Part shown: positions 17,534-26,157 of the stretch, piece after piece
How the letters are laid out: each line of letters opens with the position of its first letter
Position numbering within the stretch: the stretch's first letter is position 1
Source: Nanopusillaceae archaeon
Lineage (GTDB): Archaea > Nanobdellota > Nanobdellia > Nanobdellales > Nanobdellaceae
DNA: 32,000 bases
Assembly: GCA_049974095.1 (NCBI GenBank)
Contig: JBMFJD010000002.1
Span: 30,001 to 62,000, forward strand
Direction: 5' to 3'
Made by a program: the position numbers and the translations under genes
The notes under the pieces: model-generated
The model's input: only the letters and a program-made list of their open reading frames with translations
The model's database searches: none
What the model was told of the DNA's origin: nothing

Positions 17534-18696
17534 TATATTATTGAATGAAAATATAAAAATATTAATATTAAAACTGTCATCACAATACCATGTATTATTG
17601 ATAAAATTAGACTAATATTTGGAATATAAAATAGCGGTACAATAAAACTATCCATATTTGGAGGAATACCAAATATTGCAGATTCTAATAATTCTCCTAA
17701 AACTAATTGAATAAGAAATATTATACCTATTGTTATTCCTAAAGATTTTTTTAAAGGATCCGGATATTTTTTATATAAACCATAATGAATTCCTGAAAAA
17801 AACATAAATAAAGAAATTAAAATTCTAGTATGAAAGAAAAATGAATAATAATCTTGAAATAGAAAATAAAACTCTCCAAAAATAATTATTGAAGATAATA
17901 AAATAAGTAAGAAATATATTGTAAAATTTTCTCTTTTATTTTTTATTTTTCTATATATTAGATAGAATATGATGAATTCAAATATAGAAATAAATACTAA
18001 AGAAAAATCGAGATAGAATTTCCAGTTATTAGAAATTAAAAATATGTGTAAATAATAAAGAGATAAAATAATTTGAATTAATATTATAAAATAGATTAAC
18101 ATGAATATGTATTTTTTATATTTATCTATTTCATTTAATTTTATTATACTTAATTCATTTTTATCAATTGCATCTGTATAAAATAAAAGAGGAATTATTA
18201 AAAGAAAAGAAATAAAATAAATTAAAGAAAATAGATAGATATGAGACATTGAGAAATTATATATGTAAGCAATATATCTTGGTATTTTAACATCGATATC
18301 TCCATAAATCATTTGATAGATTGTTTCAAGAAAATAAACAAAAAAATAATAAATTATTGACGATATATATAATATCAATGATCTTTTTGAGAAATTAAAT
18401 CTCTTTTCTACGGAATAATATCCTAAAAGAAAATAGAATATATAAAAATATATATAATTTGTAAATAAGCCTCCTGAAAAATCTTTAAAATAAAATAAAC
18501 TAAAAATCTGGAAAATTATTAAGATATATATTATCTTTATTGTATTACTTTTAGTATACTTTAATAAGAAAAATAAAATAAACAAATATATAGAGCCAAA
18601 CAAAATAATATAATAGTTGAAACTTGATAATATAGAAAATAATAAAAATAAAAGCAAAAATATTGAAAAAAGAACTTTATTTATATTTTTTACCAT
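17533..18696 (-). CDS. Polytopic membrane protein, paralogue B
   Basis: 387 aa, about 10 TM helices and no Cys. Paralogous to 14570-15613 (motifs listed there). It overlaps the upstream stop by 7 nt. Confidence 0.55.
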   Translation of the reverse strand: MVKNINKVLFSIFLLLFLLFSILSSFNYYIILFGSIYLFILFFLLKYTKSNTIKIIYILIIFQIFSLFYFKDFSGGLFTNYIYFYIFYFLLGYYSVEKRFNFSKRSLILYISSIIYYFFVYFLETIYQMIYGDIDVKIPRYIAYIYNFSMSHIYLFSLIYFISFLLIIPLLFYTDAIDKNELSIIKLNEIDKYKKYIFMLIYFIILIQIILSLYYLHIFLISNNWKFYLDFSLVFISIFEFIIFYLIYRKIKNKRENFTIYFLLILLSSIIIFGEFYFLFQDYYSFFFHTRILISLFMFFSGIHYGLYKKYPDPLKKSLGITIGIIFLIQLVLGELLESAIFGIPPNMDSFIVPLFYIPNISLILSIIHGIVMTVLILIFLYFHSII

Positions 18697-20234
18697 ACTC
18701 TTAATATAGCAACAAGATATCCACCAAGAAATCCTGTATCTGTTGGATAATAGAAATCAAATACATATGTATTTACTCCTGGTGGGACTGGATATCCTAA
18801 ACTAATATATTTCCCATTTTCACGAAATAAAAATGCATTTAATTCTAGTTCTTTTCCATCTTTTGTTATACAATAAACTCTAGCCATTGCTATTCCATTG
18901 CTTCCATAATGAGGATCCCAATATGCAGCAGATATTTTTATATATGGTACATTTGGATCCCTATCATCTATAGCCCATTTTGTTATATTAAATTGATATA
19001 TTCCCCAAGAATTTATATTATCTCCTATTAAATATACTAAGGGACATTGTTTTCCAACAATAGTTCCATTTATATTTTCTACATTATCGTATACTCCAGT
19101 GGGACATGTTACATTACTGTAATTACAATCCGGATCTGCTGCTAAAAATATATAATCTGGTTGTCCTGTTTTGTTTACAAAAGCAATATATAATCTAATT
19201 ACCTCATGCCATGGATAGTCTATAAATAACTGTTGACAATCCGATGGTATATAAACTTTTCCTGTATAAAAAGAACCTACAATAACATATTTATTGTAAA
19301 CATCATTAAAACTTATTAATCCTAAATAATATGCTAGTAAATTAATATTTGTTGCAGTTTTATATGTTGGAGGATTTACATAATAGTGTCCTGTATTTTC
19401 ATTTACGCATCCATAATTATTGCATCCTTGGAAAAAATAAGGTAAGTTACTACTTGGAGAAACAGTTACCATGGATCCTTCATCTAAATCTTGAAACAGA
19501 GGCCATTCACCATTTGGACAGAATACAGAAGCCGGTGTAAAATTTTCTTGAGGAAATATTTTAGAAAGAGGTTCACATATATCTTTTTGTACTGAAGAAT
19601 ATGTACAAGTAGCAGGAGAATATAAACCATTTAATCCCCAATCAGGACATGAAAATTGCTGATGAAAAGGAGCAGTGGCATTTACCCATCCAGCTCCAGT
19701 TAAATTTAATATATTTCCATTTGGTGCTATAACAGTTTCTTGATAATTACTTACATAAAAATACGTATAATTCCATTCATACCATTTAAATTCATTATTA
19801 TCATTTGGAGGATTTATTTGACAACTATCCCAATCTCCTAAATTTCCTACAAATATAAACATATGAACAATCCATCCTGTTACCGGTGGTACAAAATATA
19901 CTGTTAAGTTCCATCTATTTCCATAAATACTCTCAAAATATTGTATAATATCTTGTGATATATTTGTGCAGATATTTTGATTTATACAATATGTATCATT
20001 TCCTGATGTACTCCAATATGATAATAAGAATGCATAGGATAAATTAACTATAGGATCATTTATATAAGGTAATAAAATTACACTATTTTGTATTGTTGAA
20101 GAATATTGCTCTATTGATGTTATATTTTGCTTTTTTATTGAATAATTATAAGAAATTAAAAAGTATAGAATTAAAGATAAAATTATTATTGCAGAAATAA
20201 TTATATAAAAAATAAAATTTATTTGATTTCTCAT
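18690..20234 (-). CDS. Large exported Cys-rich protein with a prepilin-like N-terminus (514 aa)
   Basis: MRNQINFIFYIIISAIIILSLILYF has nearly the same leader as the 143-aa protein at 20793-21224. There are 14 Cys, all after the helix, and many N-x-S/T sites. ATGA overlap with the upstream DUF333-like gene. Confidence 0.5.
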   Translation of the reverse strand: MRNQINFIFYIIISAIIILSLILYFLISYNYSIKKQNITSIEQYSSTIQNSVILLPYINDPIVNLSYAFLLSYWSTSGNDTYCINQNICTNISQDIIQYFESIYGNRWNLTVYFVPPVTGWIVHMFIFVGNLGDWDSCQINPPNDNNEFKWYEWNYTYFYVSNYQETVIAPNGNILNLTGAGWVNATAPFHQQFSCPDWGLNGLYSPATCTYSSVQKDICEPLSKIFPQENFTPASVFCPNGEWPLFQDLDEGSMVTVSPSSNLPYFFQGCNNYGCVNENTGHYYVNPPTYKTATNINLLAYYLGLISFNDVYNKYVIVGSFYTGKVYIPSDCQQLFIDYPWHEVIRLYIAFVNKTGQPDYIFLAADPDCNYSNVTCPTGVYDNVENINGTIVGKQCPLVYLIGDNINSWGIYQFNITKWAIDDRDPNVPYIKISAAYWDPHYGSNGIAMARVYCITKDGKELELNAFLFRENGKYISLGYPVPPGVNTYVFDFYYPTDTGFLGGYLVAILRVW

Positions 20235-20758
20235 TTTAGTATGTATGTTATTAATTCTATTGCTACTATAGAAATTCCAATTATTAAATAATTGCTATAA
20301 TTATTTTCATATAATTTTTGCATATTTTTATAATTTGTTAAATTTATTGTTGGAGGAATTGTTAGTGTAATATTAATAACATTTGTAGTATAATTTGCTG
20401 AAAATATAATATCGTTTAATGCATTTATAGGTATTAAACTATATGGAGAAACAGCAGTTCCATTTGGGTATACACAATAATAAGTTTGGTAAGTAACATT
20501 GTGGTAGATAGTTAAATTTAGAAAATATGTAGATAAATTAAAATGAGAACAAAAATTATATTGAACAGGAACATTTCCATTATAATAATCTATCGCATTA
20601 AATATTTTTCCATCTACAATACAATATTGTCCAGAAGAATTAACAAAATATGTTCCTCCACTATATTCACAAAATACTGCAAAAGGATTTCTTATTGAAT
20701 AAATTTTACTAAAAAATATTAGTAATAATAAAAATAAAAAATACTTTATTTTTTTCAT
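20231..20758 (-). CDS. Exported DUF333-like protein with a C-terminal TM anchor (175 aa)
   Basis: Signal peptide MKKIKYFLFLLLLIFFSKIYS. This is followed by NPFAVFCEYSGGTYFVNSSGQYCIVDGKIFNAIDYYNG, which fits the DUF333 pattern (NPA.vyC...GG......G..C...dG...eWa.yrG). C-terminal anchor YLIIGISIVAIELITYILK. 4 Cys. Confidence 0.5.
   Translation of the reverse strand: MKKIKYFLFLLLLIFFSKIYSIRNPFAVFCEYSGGTYFVNSSGQYCIVDGKIFNAIDYYNGNVPVQYNFCSHFNLSTYFLNLTIYHNVTYQTYYCVYPNGTAVSPYSLIPINALNDIIFSANYTTNVINITLTIPPTINLTNYKNMQKLYENNYSNYLIIGISIVAIELITYILK
20579..20661. repeat. 83-nt block nearly identical to 21884-21966 (copy 1)
   Basis: Base-by-base comparison shows a single mismatch (c at 20594 vs t at 21899). 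The 67 nt at 20595-20661 are identical to 21900-21966. The block encodes GGTYFVNSSGQYCIVDGKIFNAIDYYN in both paralogues. Confidence 0.85.
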
Positions 20759-20779
20759 TAAATTATTTTTCTTTAAAAA

Positions 20780-20787
20780 TATATAAA
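20780..20787 (-). promoter_or_regulatory. TATA-like box (TTTATATA on the minus strand)
   Basis: It ends 21 nt upstream of the ATG at 20758, in the 34-nt gap that precedes the gene. Confidence 0.35.
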
Positions 20788-20792
20788 CATTA

Positions 20793-21224
20793 TTAGCCGG
20801 CTCCTCCCATTATATTTTGTATAAATTGCAAAGAAGGAGTTATGTATAAATTATTTCCATATTTTAATATATAAATTTCTGATGGATAGATTAAAAAAGA
20901 TACATTTTCTTCATTATTATTTATCAAATATATTGTAGAATTATAAAAAATAACAGTATAATTATTTTCTTGATAATTTATTATTAATTCAGAATTATTT
21001 GAATATAAAATAATATCTTTTGGGACAGATAATTCAATATAGTAATTTCCATAAGATGTATAAATTGTATTTGCTAAGTTCTGTAAGTTTTGTAAAAATA
21101 TCGTAAATTCTTCTCTTTGCTGATTTTTTTGTAAATTCATTGAAAAAGAAAAATATATGCCAATAGCAATTCCAACAATTATTAATATTATTCCAAAATT
21201 AATAAAATTTATTTGATTCTTCAT
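20793..21224 (-). CDS. Small exported protein with a prepilin-like N-terminus (143 aa, no Cys)
   Basis: MKNQINFINFGIILIIVGIAIGIYF leader plus helix, then an Asn/Tyr/Ile-rich beta-type sequence. ATGA overlap with the upstream DUF333-like gene. Confidence 0.5.
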   Translation of the reverse strand: MKNQINFINFGIILIIVGIAIGIYFSFSMNLQKNQQREEFTIFLQNLQNLANTIYTSYGNYYIELSVPKDIILYSNNSELIINYQENNYTVIFYNSTIYLINNNEENVSFLIYPSEIYILKYGNNLYITPSLQFIQNIMGGAG

Positions 21225-22162
21225 TTTAGATAAAATAACAATATTATTAATCCAATTATCATAACAGAAATTGTTATTATTGCAGGTATTATAAAGTTAC
21301 TATTATTCATATTGTTATTTGTTAGATTTTCTTCATTTTTTATTATTTGTTGTACTAATGTATTATTTTGTTGTGTTTGATTTAAATAAATACATTGAAA
21401 CATTCCATAACAATTTACTTCTATTTTATTTGGTGGTGGACATTGTTTTTCAAATTCTTGATATAATTCTTCTAATGAATAATTCTGCGGACATAAGTAC
21501 CAAGGACTAAATGCGTTGCTATTGCATTTTCCGCATCCAACATATTCTCTATAAAATTCTATAGTTTGATTATAAGATCCAATATATAAATTTGGAGGAA
21601 TATATGGGGGATTAAAGCATGGATATGGGATATTAGAACATTGAGAAGCTTCCCAAGGAGTACTTGGGCATTGTAATATATTTGAACAATTTGATTGACC
21701 AATTTCTATAATATTTGAATTACTATTTAGATAATTTTCAAAGATAATATATGGTGAAATTAATGTTCCATTTGGATATTCACAATAGGATTCATATAAA
21801 GTAAAGTTTGATATATTTTCTTGTTTAATTACTAATGTTAAATTAAAATGAGAACAAAAAGAATATTGAGGTGGTACAAAATTATTATAATAATCTATTG
21901 CATTAAATATTTTTCCATCTACAATACAATATTGTCCAGAAGAATTAACAAAATATGTTCCTCCACCAATTTGGCAATATTCTTTGTATATTTGCTGAGA
22001 AAAAGCAGGAAAAAATAGAAATATTAAAAATATTAAGAAGATTTTTTTAATCATTTTAAGAATAAGTTGCTTCTTGTATTGTAACCATATACTGTGAAAA
22101 GTTTTCCCATAAAGTGTAGGCAATTCATTGTAATATGGTATATATAATAATCCATTTTTCAT
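21221..22162 (-). CDS. Exported DUF333-like Cys-rich protein with a C-terminal TM anchor (313 aa as ORF; 277 aa if it starts at 22054)
   Basis: The internal Met37 (ATG at 22054) begins a signal peptide, MIKKIFLIFLIFLFFPAFSQ. Next come YCQIGGGTYFVNSSGQYCIVDGKIFNAIDYYN (DUF333-like) and a Cys/Pro-rich region (CPSTPWEASQCSNIPYPCFNPPYIPP). C-terminal anchor IIPAIITISVMIIGLIILLFYLK. 14 Cys. The choice between starts at 22162 and 22054 is unresolved. Confidence 0.5.
   Translation of the reverse strand: MKNGLLYIPYYNELPTLYGKTFHSIWLQYKKQLILKMIKKIFLIFLIFLFFPAFSQQIYKEYCQIGGGTYFVNSSGQYCIVDGKIFNAIDYYNNFVPPQYSFCSHFNLTLVIKQENISNFTLYESYCEYPNGTLISPYIIFENYLNSNSNIIEIGQSNCSNILQCPSTPWEASQCSNIPYPCFNPPYIPPNLYIGSYNQTIEFYREYVGCGKCNSNAFSPWYLCPQNYSLEELYQEFEKQCPPPNKIEVNCYGMFQCIYLNQTQQNNTLVQQIIKNEENLTNNNMNNSNFIIPAIITISVMIIGLIILLFYLK
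21884..21966. repeat. 83-nt block nearly identical to 20579-20661 (copy 2)
   Basis: See copy 1. One mismatch in 83 nt, whereas the flanking coding sequence of the two paralogues is much more diverged. Confidence 0.85.
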
Positions 22163-22179
22163 ATAATATAGATATTCCT

Positions 22180-22950
22180 CTATATTAATTCATCCTGTAT
22201 AGTTTCTCTGCTATTTCCTTCATTATCCTTTGCATTAATTACTATATTATATATACCTGCATTAATAGAGTTTGGTATACTAATTGTAGATGAAATTGTA
22301 CAAGATGAAAAAGTTATACAAGATGTTTGATTAAGAGAACATGCAATTCCATTTGGTGATATGCATGAAAATGATATATTATATGGAGTATTTTGAGGTA
22401 GATTTTCTTGCGCAGTTATATATATACTTGTGGATCCTCCAGATTGCAATGTTATTAGAGAATTATTTGGATATAAATAAATAATTCCTTTTATACTATA
22501 AGTTTGCTGATAGTTTAGCTCTCCTAAACTTATTATAATACTGTTTGGAGAATTTTTTTCAATTATTAAAGGTAATACTTCATAATTTTTTCCATAAAAT
22601 GATGTATAATAAATTCCCGAAGTATAATATTGGATTAAATTATTTGTAGTATTTATATAAACTAAGCATGGAAATGAATAATTATAATATGTATTATATA
22701 TATAACATGTAACAGTATTTCCATTTGAAGAAACATAATTTAAATACTTATTTACTTTAAAATTGAGATAAATAGTAGTTCCATTATTTGAATAGCATAC
22801 TTGTTGAATAGTATTAAATAAATTTTGACATTCAGATATTTCAGTATAAATTTCTTCTGTTTGATAATTTATATTAGTAAATTTAAAATATAATAATAAA
22901 GATAAGCTAAAAACAATAATACTTATTATTATCCAAAACCATTTTTCCAT
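22180..22950 (-). CDS. Exported or signal-anchored Cys-containing protein (256 aa)
   Basis: N-terminal hydrophobic helix MEKWFWIIISIIVFSLSLLLYF and 8 Cys after it. The C-terminal part has a beta-sandwich-like motif (NAGIYNIVINAKDNEG). I recognise no family. Confidence 0.45.
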   Translation of the reverse strand: MEKWFWIIISIIVFSLSLLLYFKFTNINYQTEEIYTEISECQNLFNTIQQVCYSNNGTTIYLNFKVNKYLNYVSSNGNTVTCYIYNTYYNYSFPCLVYINTTNNLIQYYTSGIYYTSFYGKNYEVLPLIIEKNSPNSIIISLGELNYQQTYSIKGIIYLYPNNSLITLQSGGSTSIYITAQENLPQNTPYNISFSCISPNGIACSLNQTSCITFSSCTISSTISIPNSINAGIYNIVINAKDNEGNSRETIQDELI

Positions 22951-22973
22951 ATTTTATCTATAAAATATTATGA

Positions 22974-22981
22974 TATATAAA
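22974..22981 (-). promoter_or_regulatory. TATA-like box (TTTATATA on the minus strand)
   Basis: It ends 23 nt upstream of the ATG at 22950, in the 32-nt gap that precedes the gene. Confidence 0.3.
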
Positions 22982-22982
22982 G

Positions 22983-23390
22983 CTATCCTTGTAATTGGAT
23001 ATATACATATTCTCCAGTAGAGTAAACTAATATATAATCTCCAGAATTTATTGTATAATTGCAATTTTGCATAACAACACTAGGATTAATTTGATTTACT
23101 AAATTAATTAAATCTTGACATGTAAAAGATTTTCCTTGATACGAAATTAGATAACATAATCCATTTTCTTTTTTTTCATAACAAGAAATTATATCCAAAG
23201 CTATAGTATCAATTGACGATACATTTGTTTCAACAATAGTTTGCGTATTATTGTATTTAGGTAATGTATGATTAATAAAAGATGTTATATTTCCTTTAAA
23301 GTAATATATAATTCCAATTATTGTTAAAGTAACAATAATACCTATTATTATTAAAAACGTTAAGCTTACAGGCATTTCCTGATTTTTCAT
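22983..23390 (-). CDS. Small exported protein with a prepilin-like N-terminus (135 aa)
   Basis: MKNQEMPVSLTFLIIIGIIVTLTIIGIIYYF leader plus helix. 4 Cys after the helix. Confidence 0.5.
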   Translation of the reverse strand: MKNQEMPVSLTFLIIIGIIVTLTIIGIIYYFKGNITSFINHTLPKYNNTQTIVETNVSSIDTIALDIISCYEKKENGLCYLISYQGKSFTCQDLINLVNQINPSVVMQNCNYTINSGDYILVYSTGEYVYIQLQG

Positions 23391-23411
23391 ATTTTTATAT
23401 AGTCCTTATTA

Positions 23412-23419
23412 TTTTATAT
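23412..23419 (-). promoter_or_regulatory. TATA-like box (ATATAAAA on the minus strand)
   Basis: It ends 21 nt upstream of the ATG at 23390, in the 29-nt gap that precedes the gene. Confidence 0.3.
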
Positions 23420-23899
23420 TTATTGCCATAAAATGATATTGCTATTATTATATATAATAAATAAACTATTGTATGGATAAATTATTTCATCATTATTCTT
23501 TAAATGGAATTCTAAATTATTAATATTGAATGTAGAGTAATTTTCAAGATAATTTGTTATATTTGTTAAATTTAAACTAATATTTTCATCTATATAGATA
23601 TCATAACAAATATTAAATAAAGTATTTTTGTCTATATTATTATAATAGCAATTTATTATAAATCCAGAGATATCAGAGATAATTTCATCCTCAGTTTGAT
23701 TTGTAAATATAATACTTATTGCTGATGGGTAATATTTTATACATGAAGGGGAAAATCCACCCTCAGAAATTAATGTTTTGCAGTAATATAATTGAGAATT
23801 TGCAAAAAATTTTGTATATACAATATCTAATATTACAAATACCGATATTATCGCAATAATTATAATAAATGTAGTATCTATTGCTATGTCAGTTTTCAT
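23420..23899 (-). CDS. Small exported protein with an N-terminal hydrophobic helix (159 aa)
   Basis: MKTDIAIDTTFIIIIAIISVFVILDIVY. 4 Cys after the helix. ATGA overlap with the upstream gene. Confidence 0.45.
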   Translation of the reverse strand: MKTDIAIDTTFIIIIAIISVFVILDIVYTKFFANSQLYYCKTLISEGGFSPSCIKYYPSAISIIFTNQTEDEIISDISGFIINCYYNNIDKNTLFNICYDIYIDENISLNLTNITNYLENYSTFNINNLEFHLKNNDEIIYPYNSLFIIYNNSNIILWQ

Positions 23900-24183
23900 A
23901 TATAACTAATATTACCTTCATAAATATATATTATTCTATATCCTGCGGGAATTGTTATATTATTGATTGTACAATTTTCTGTTAAATATATTTTTTCATC
24001 AATTATTTTATAATAACTTTCATTATATAATTTATATAATTGATTGCAATTTAATGTTATTACATTATTTTCACCATTTATATTTTTATTAACTTTGTAA
24101 ATATATGAAAATGCAAAAATAGATGCTACAACAATTAGTATAAAACTTATTATTGCCCAATAAATATATTGTTGGTTTTTCAT
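23896..24183 (-). CDS. Small exported protein with a prepilin-like N-terminus (95 aa)
   Basis: MKNQQYIYWAIISFILIVVASIFAF leader plus helix. 2 Cys. ATGA overlap with the upstream platform-like gene. Confidence 0.45.
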   Translation of the reverse strand: MKNQQYIYWAIISFILIVVASIFAFSYIYKVNKNINGENNVITLNCNQLYKLYNESYYKIIDEKIYLTENCTINNITIPAGYRIIYIYEGNISYI

Positions 24184-26150
24184 AATTGTATTGTAGTTGG
24201 TAAATATGGGCCAAATATAGTATATACTAACATTATACCCAATAATGAAAATATTACATAAAATATCGTTCCTGTTATTAAATTTCTTCCTACGTAATAT
24301 GAAATCATTGTACTATCAAATCCATATTTTATTCCTGCAGTCATAAAAGAAGTAATAGCTACATATTCTATAAAAAATATTCCTATTATTGCTTCAAAAT
24401 ATGTTGGAGGAATAAGGTTATAGAGATTAAATGTATTTACAATAAAATTGTATAAGCTAAATGATCCTCCAATACCCAACGATTGGCTAATCATTTGAAA
24501 AAAATATGCAATTGCAAATAATATTGATACAATAGCATTATTAAATACTGTTACTAATGAAGAAATAAATGGAATTAGATCTCTAGATGTTATATCTAGC
24601 ATATTTACTATTTCATTCAATATTTTTCTTACATTATATCTTATATTCATAACATTTTCTAAATTATATGATATATTATATGTAATCTGAGACAAAACTT
24701 GTGGACCTTTTGGCAGAGAAAGAACTATTAATTGCATTGTTTCTCCAATTAATTTTGATGGATAATAGTTTAAAGATCCAATTTTTCTATCAAAAATTGA
24801 TGTGACTAGATCATATCCCTTTCTTAAATTATATAATGTAATTTTTAGAAATCTTTCCATTACTCCAGATGACTTTATTATTTTATAGTTATCATATGTT
24901 TTTTGTATTACAGCCTCCATTGGATATCCATCTTCTAATAATGATGCAAATTCATATGTAACAATTGGAAATTCATTTTCTATTTCTTCTATTTGATTTA
25001 TTCTTTTTACTTTTTGGAAAGATACTAAATAGTAATATGAACCAATTCCTAATCCCAAACCCAAAGGTAACATTAATGTTAAAAATGAATATATTAATGC
25101 TCTATCCTGATAAACAATATTTAAATAATCACTAAGATCCCCCTGAGGTAAAAACAAGATTTTTAATGATAAAGCAATTAAATGATATATTCCTAATATT
25201 GCAATAGATCCCAATATAATTGAAACAATTATTGCTGGAATTTCTTTATTTCCAATTTTAAATTTTCCAGGAGAAGGTAAATCTTTAGATAAAGATAAAT
25301 CTGGAACTGAAAATGCAAATGGATTTCTAGATAATAGATTTTGTATAAATAAGAATGTTATTACAGGTAAAATAATTATATAACTAAATGCAATAAAATA
25401 AAAACTTACAGTATTTAATAGAAATATCGATAATATTGGTAATATTATTAAACTAATTAGCGGCATCATAACTAAAAAAGAAACAATAACTGTAGCAGGT
25501 TGCTTTAATTCATCTACATAATTTTGAGATCTTTCTAATGATTTCTTTAATATCCAATTTAATATTCTATCTACTAATTTGTTTATTTCTTCAACAGAGT
25601 TCTTATATTTTATATTTATTAAATGAGTCATTGCATATACAAAATCTGGACTCAAGTAAAACCATCTATATTGATAAAATTGAATTGCAGACTCTATATC
25701 TTTAAACCTATTTGTTTCTAAATCATAAATTAGTTTTTTGAAATCATCGGCAATTACACCTTTCATATAATATGCAACATATTGTATTGCGCCTTCTAAA
25801 TTTGGATTCCTTTTAATATATAAGGATAAATATAAAATTATCCAAACAATTTCAGAAGTTGCTTGTATTTTTACAATTTGTGTATATAATATTGGATAGT
25901 ACATTAAGTATAAATCCAGTATTATTAATGATATTAATAAAGAAAATGCTAGTTGAAAAGAAACAAAGCTTAATATAAAAAATATTACTATAGAAAATAT
26001 TAATAATGTTATTGTGGAGGAAAATATTTTGTTAGGATCTGTATTTAATTTATTTAACCATAAATGAAATGCATATAATTTATATATTGGTTGAGGGGCT
26101 CTTAATTTAATTAATGCAAAATTATTATAAAAATTTTCAAAAAAAGACAT
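24180..26150 (-). CDS. FlaJ/TadC/PilC-like (T2SS-F family) polytopic membrane platform protein, putative
   Basis: 656 aa with a duplicated architecture of two soluble helical segments, each followed by TM bundles. The segments are roughly ...NPNLEGAIQYVAYYMKGVIADDFKKLIYDLETNRFKDIESAIQFY...SPDFVYAMTHLINI... and ...FPIVTYEFASLLEDGYPMEAVIQKTYDNY...SGVMERFLKITLYNLRKGYDLVTSIF...YPSKLIGETMQLIVLS.... This arrangement is seen in archaeal FlaJ/TadC. Its position amid prepilin-like genes supports the call, which rests on pattern recognition rather than an alignment. Confidence 0.55.
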   Translation of the reverse strand: MSFFENFYNNFALIKLRAPQPIYKLYAFHLWLNKLNTDPNKIFSSTITLLIFSIVIFFILSFVSFQLAFSLLISLIILDLYLMYYPILYTQIVKIQATSEIVWIILYLSLYIKRNPNLEGAIQYVAYYMKGVIADDFKKLIYDLETNRFKDIESAIQFYQYRWFYLSPDFVYAMTHLINIKYKNSVEEINKLVDRILNWILKKSLERSQNYVDELKQPATVIVSFLVMMPLISLIILPILSIFLLNTVSFYFIAFSYIIILPVITFLFIQNLLSRNPFAFSVPDLSLSKDLPSPGKFKIGNKEIPAIIVSIILGSIAILGIYHLIALSLKILFLPQGDLSDYLNIVYQDRALIYSFLTLMLPLGLGLGIGSYYYLVSFQKVKRINQIEEIENEFPIVTYEFASLLEDGYPMEAVIQKTYDNYKIIKSSGVMERFLKITLYNLRKGYDLVTSIFDRKIGSLNYYPSKLIGETMQLIVLSLPKGPQVLSQITYNISYNLENVMNIRYNVRKILNEIVNMLDITSRDLIPFISSLVTVFNNAIVSILFAIAYFFQMISQSLGIGGSFSLYNFIVNTFNLYNLIPPTYFEAIIGIFFIEYVAITSFMTAGIKYGFDSTMISYYVGRNLITGTIFYVIFSLLGIMLVYTIFGPYLPTTIQL

Positions 26151-26157
26151 TTTAAAT

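Noticed and set aside
18280-18303. GDIDVKIP in the 387-aa polytopic protein, which superficially resembles the first Asp motif (D-[LI]-[KR]-x-R-x-I-P) of A24 prepilin peptidases.
   Set aside because: There is no second G-x-G-D-type Asp motif, the motif is not conserved in the 347-aa paralogue, and the protein is larger than FlaK/PibD-type enzymes and organised differently. This is insufficient for a peptidase call.
22055-22162. 36-codon N-terminal extension (MKNGLLYIPYYNELPTLYGKTFHSIWLQYKKQLILK) of the 313-aa DUF333-like ORF. I also checked this slightly less AT-rich stretch as a possible small RNA.
   Set aside because: The paralogue at 20231-20758 starts directly with its signal peptide, and Met37 (22054) begins an equivalent signal peptide. 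However, no TATA-like box sits at the usual distance from 22054, so the start remains unresolved. I found no C/D boxes or obvious stem structure, so I make no ncRNA call.
20231-22162. The duplicated DUF333-like genes with an 83-nt near-identical core, considered as a possible mobile element or IS remnant.
   Set aside because: There is no transposase, integrase, terminal inverted repeat or target-site duplication. The identity lies inside coding sequence, in frame in both copies. Paralogous duplication with gene conversion fits better.
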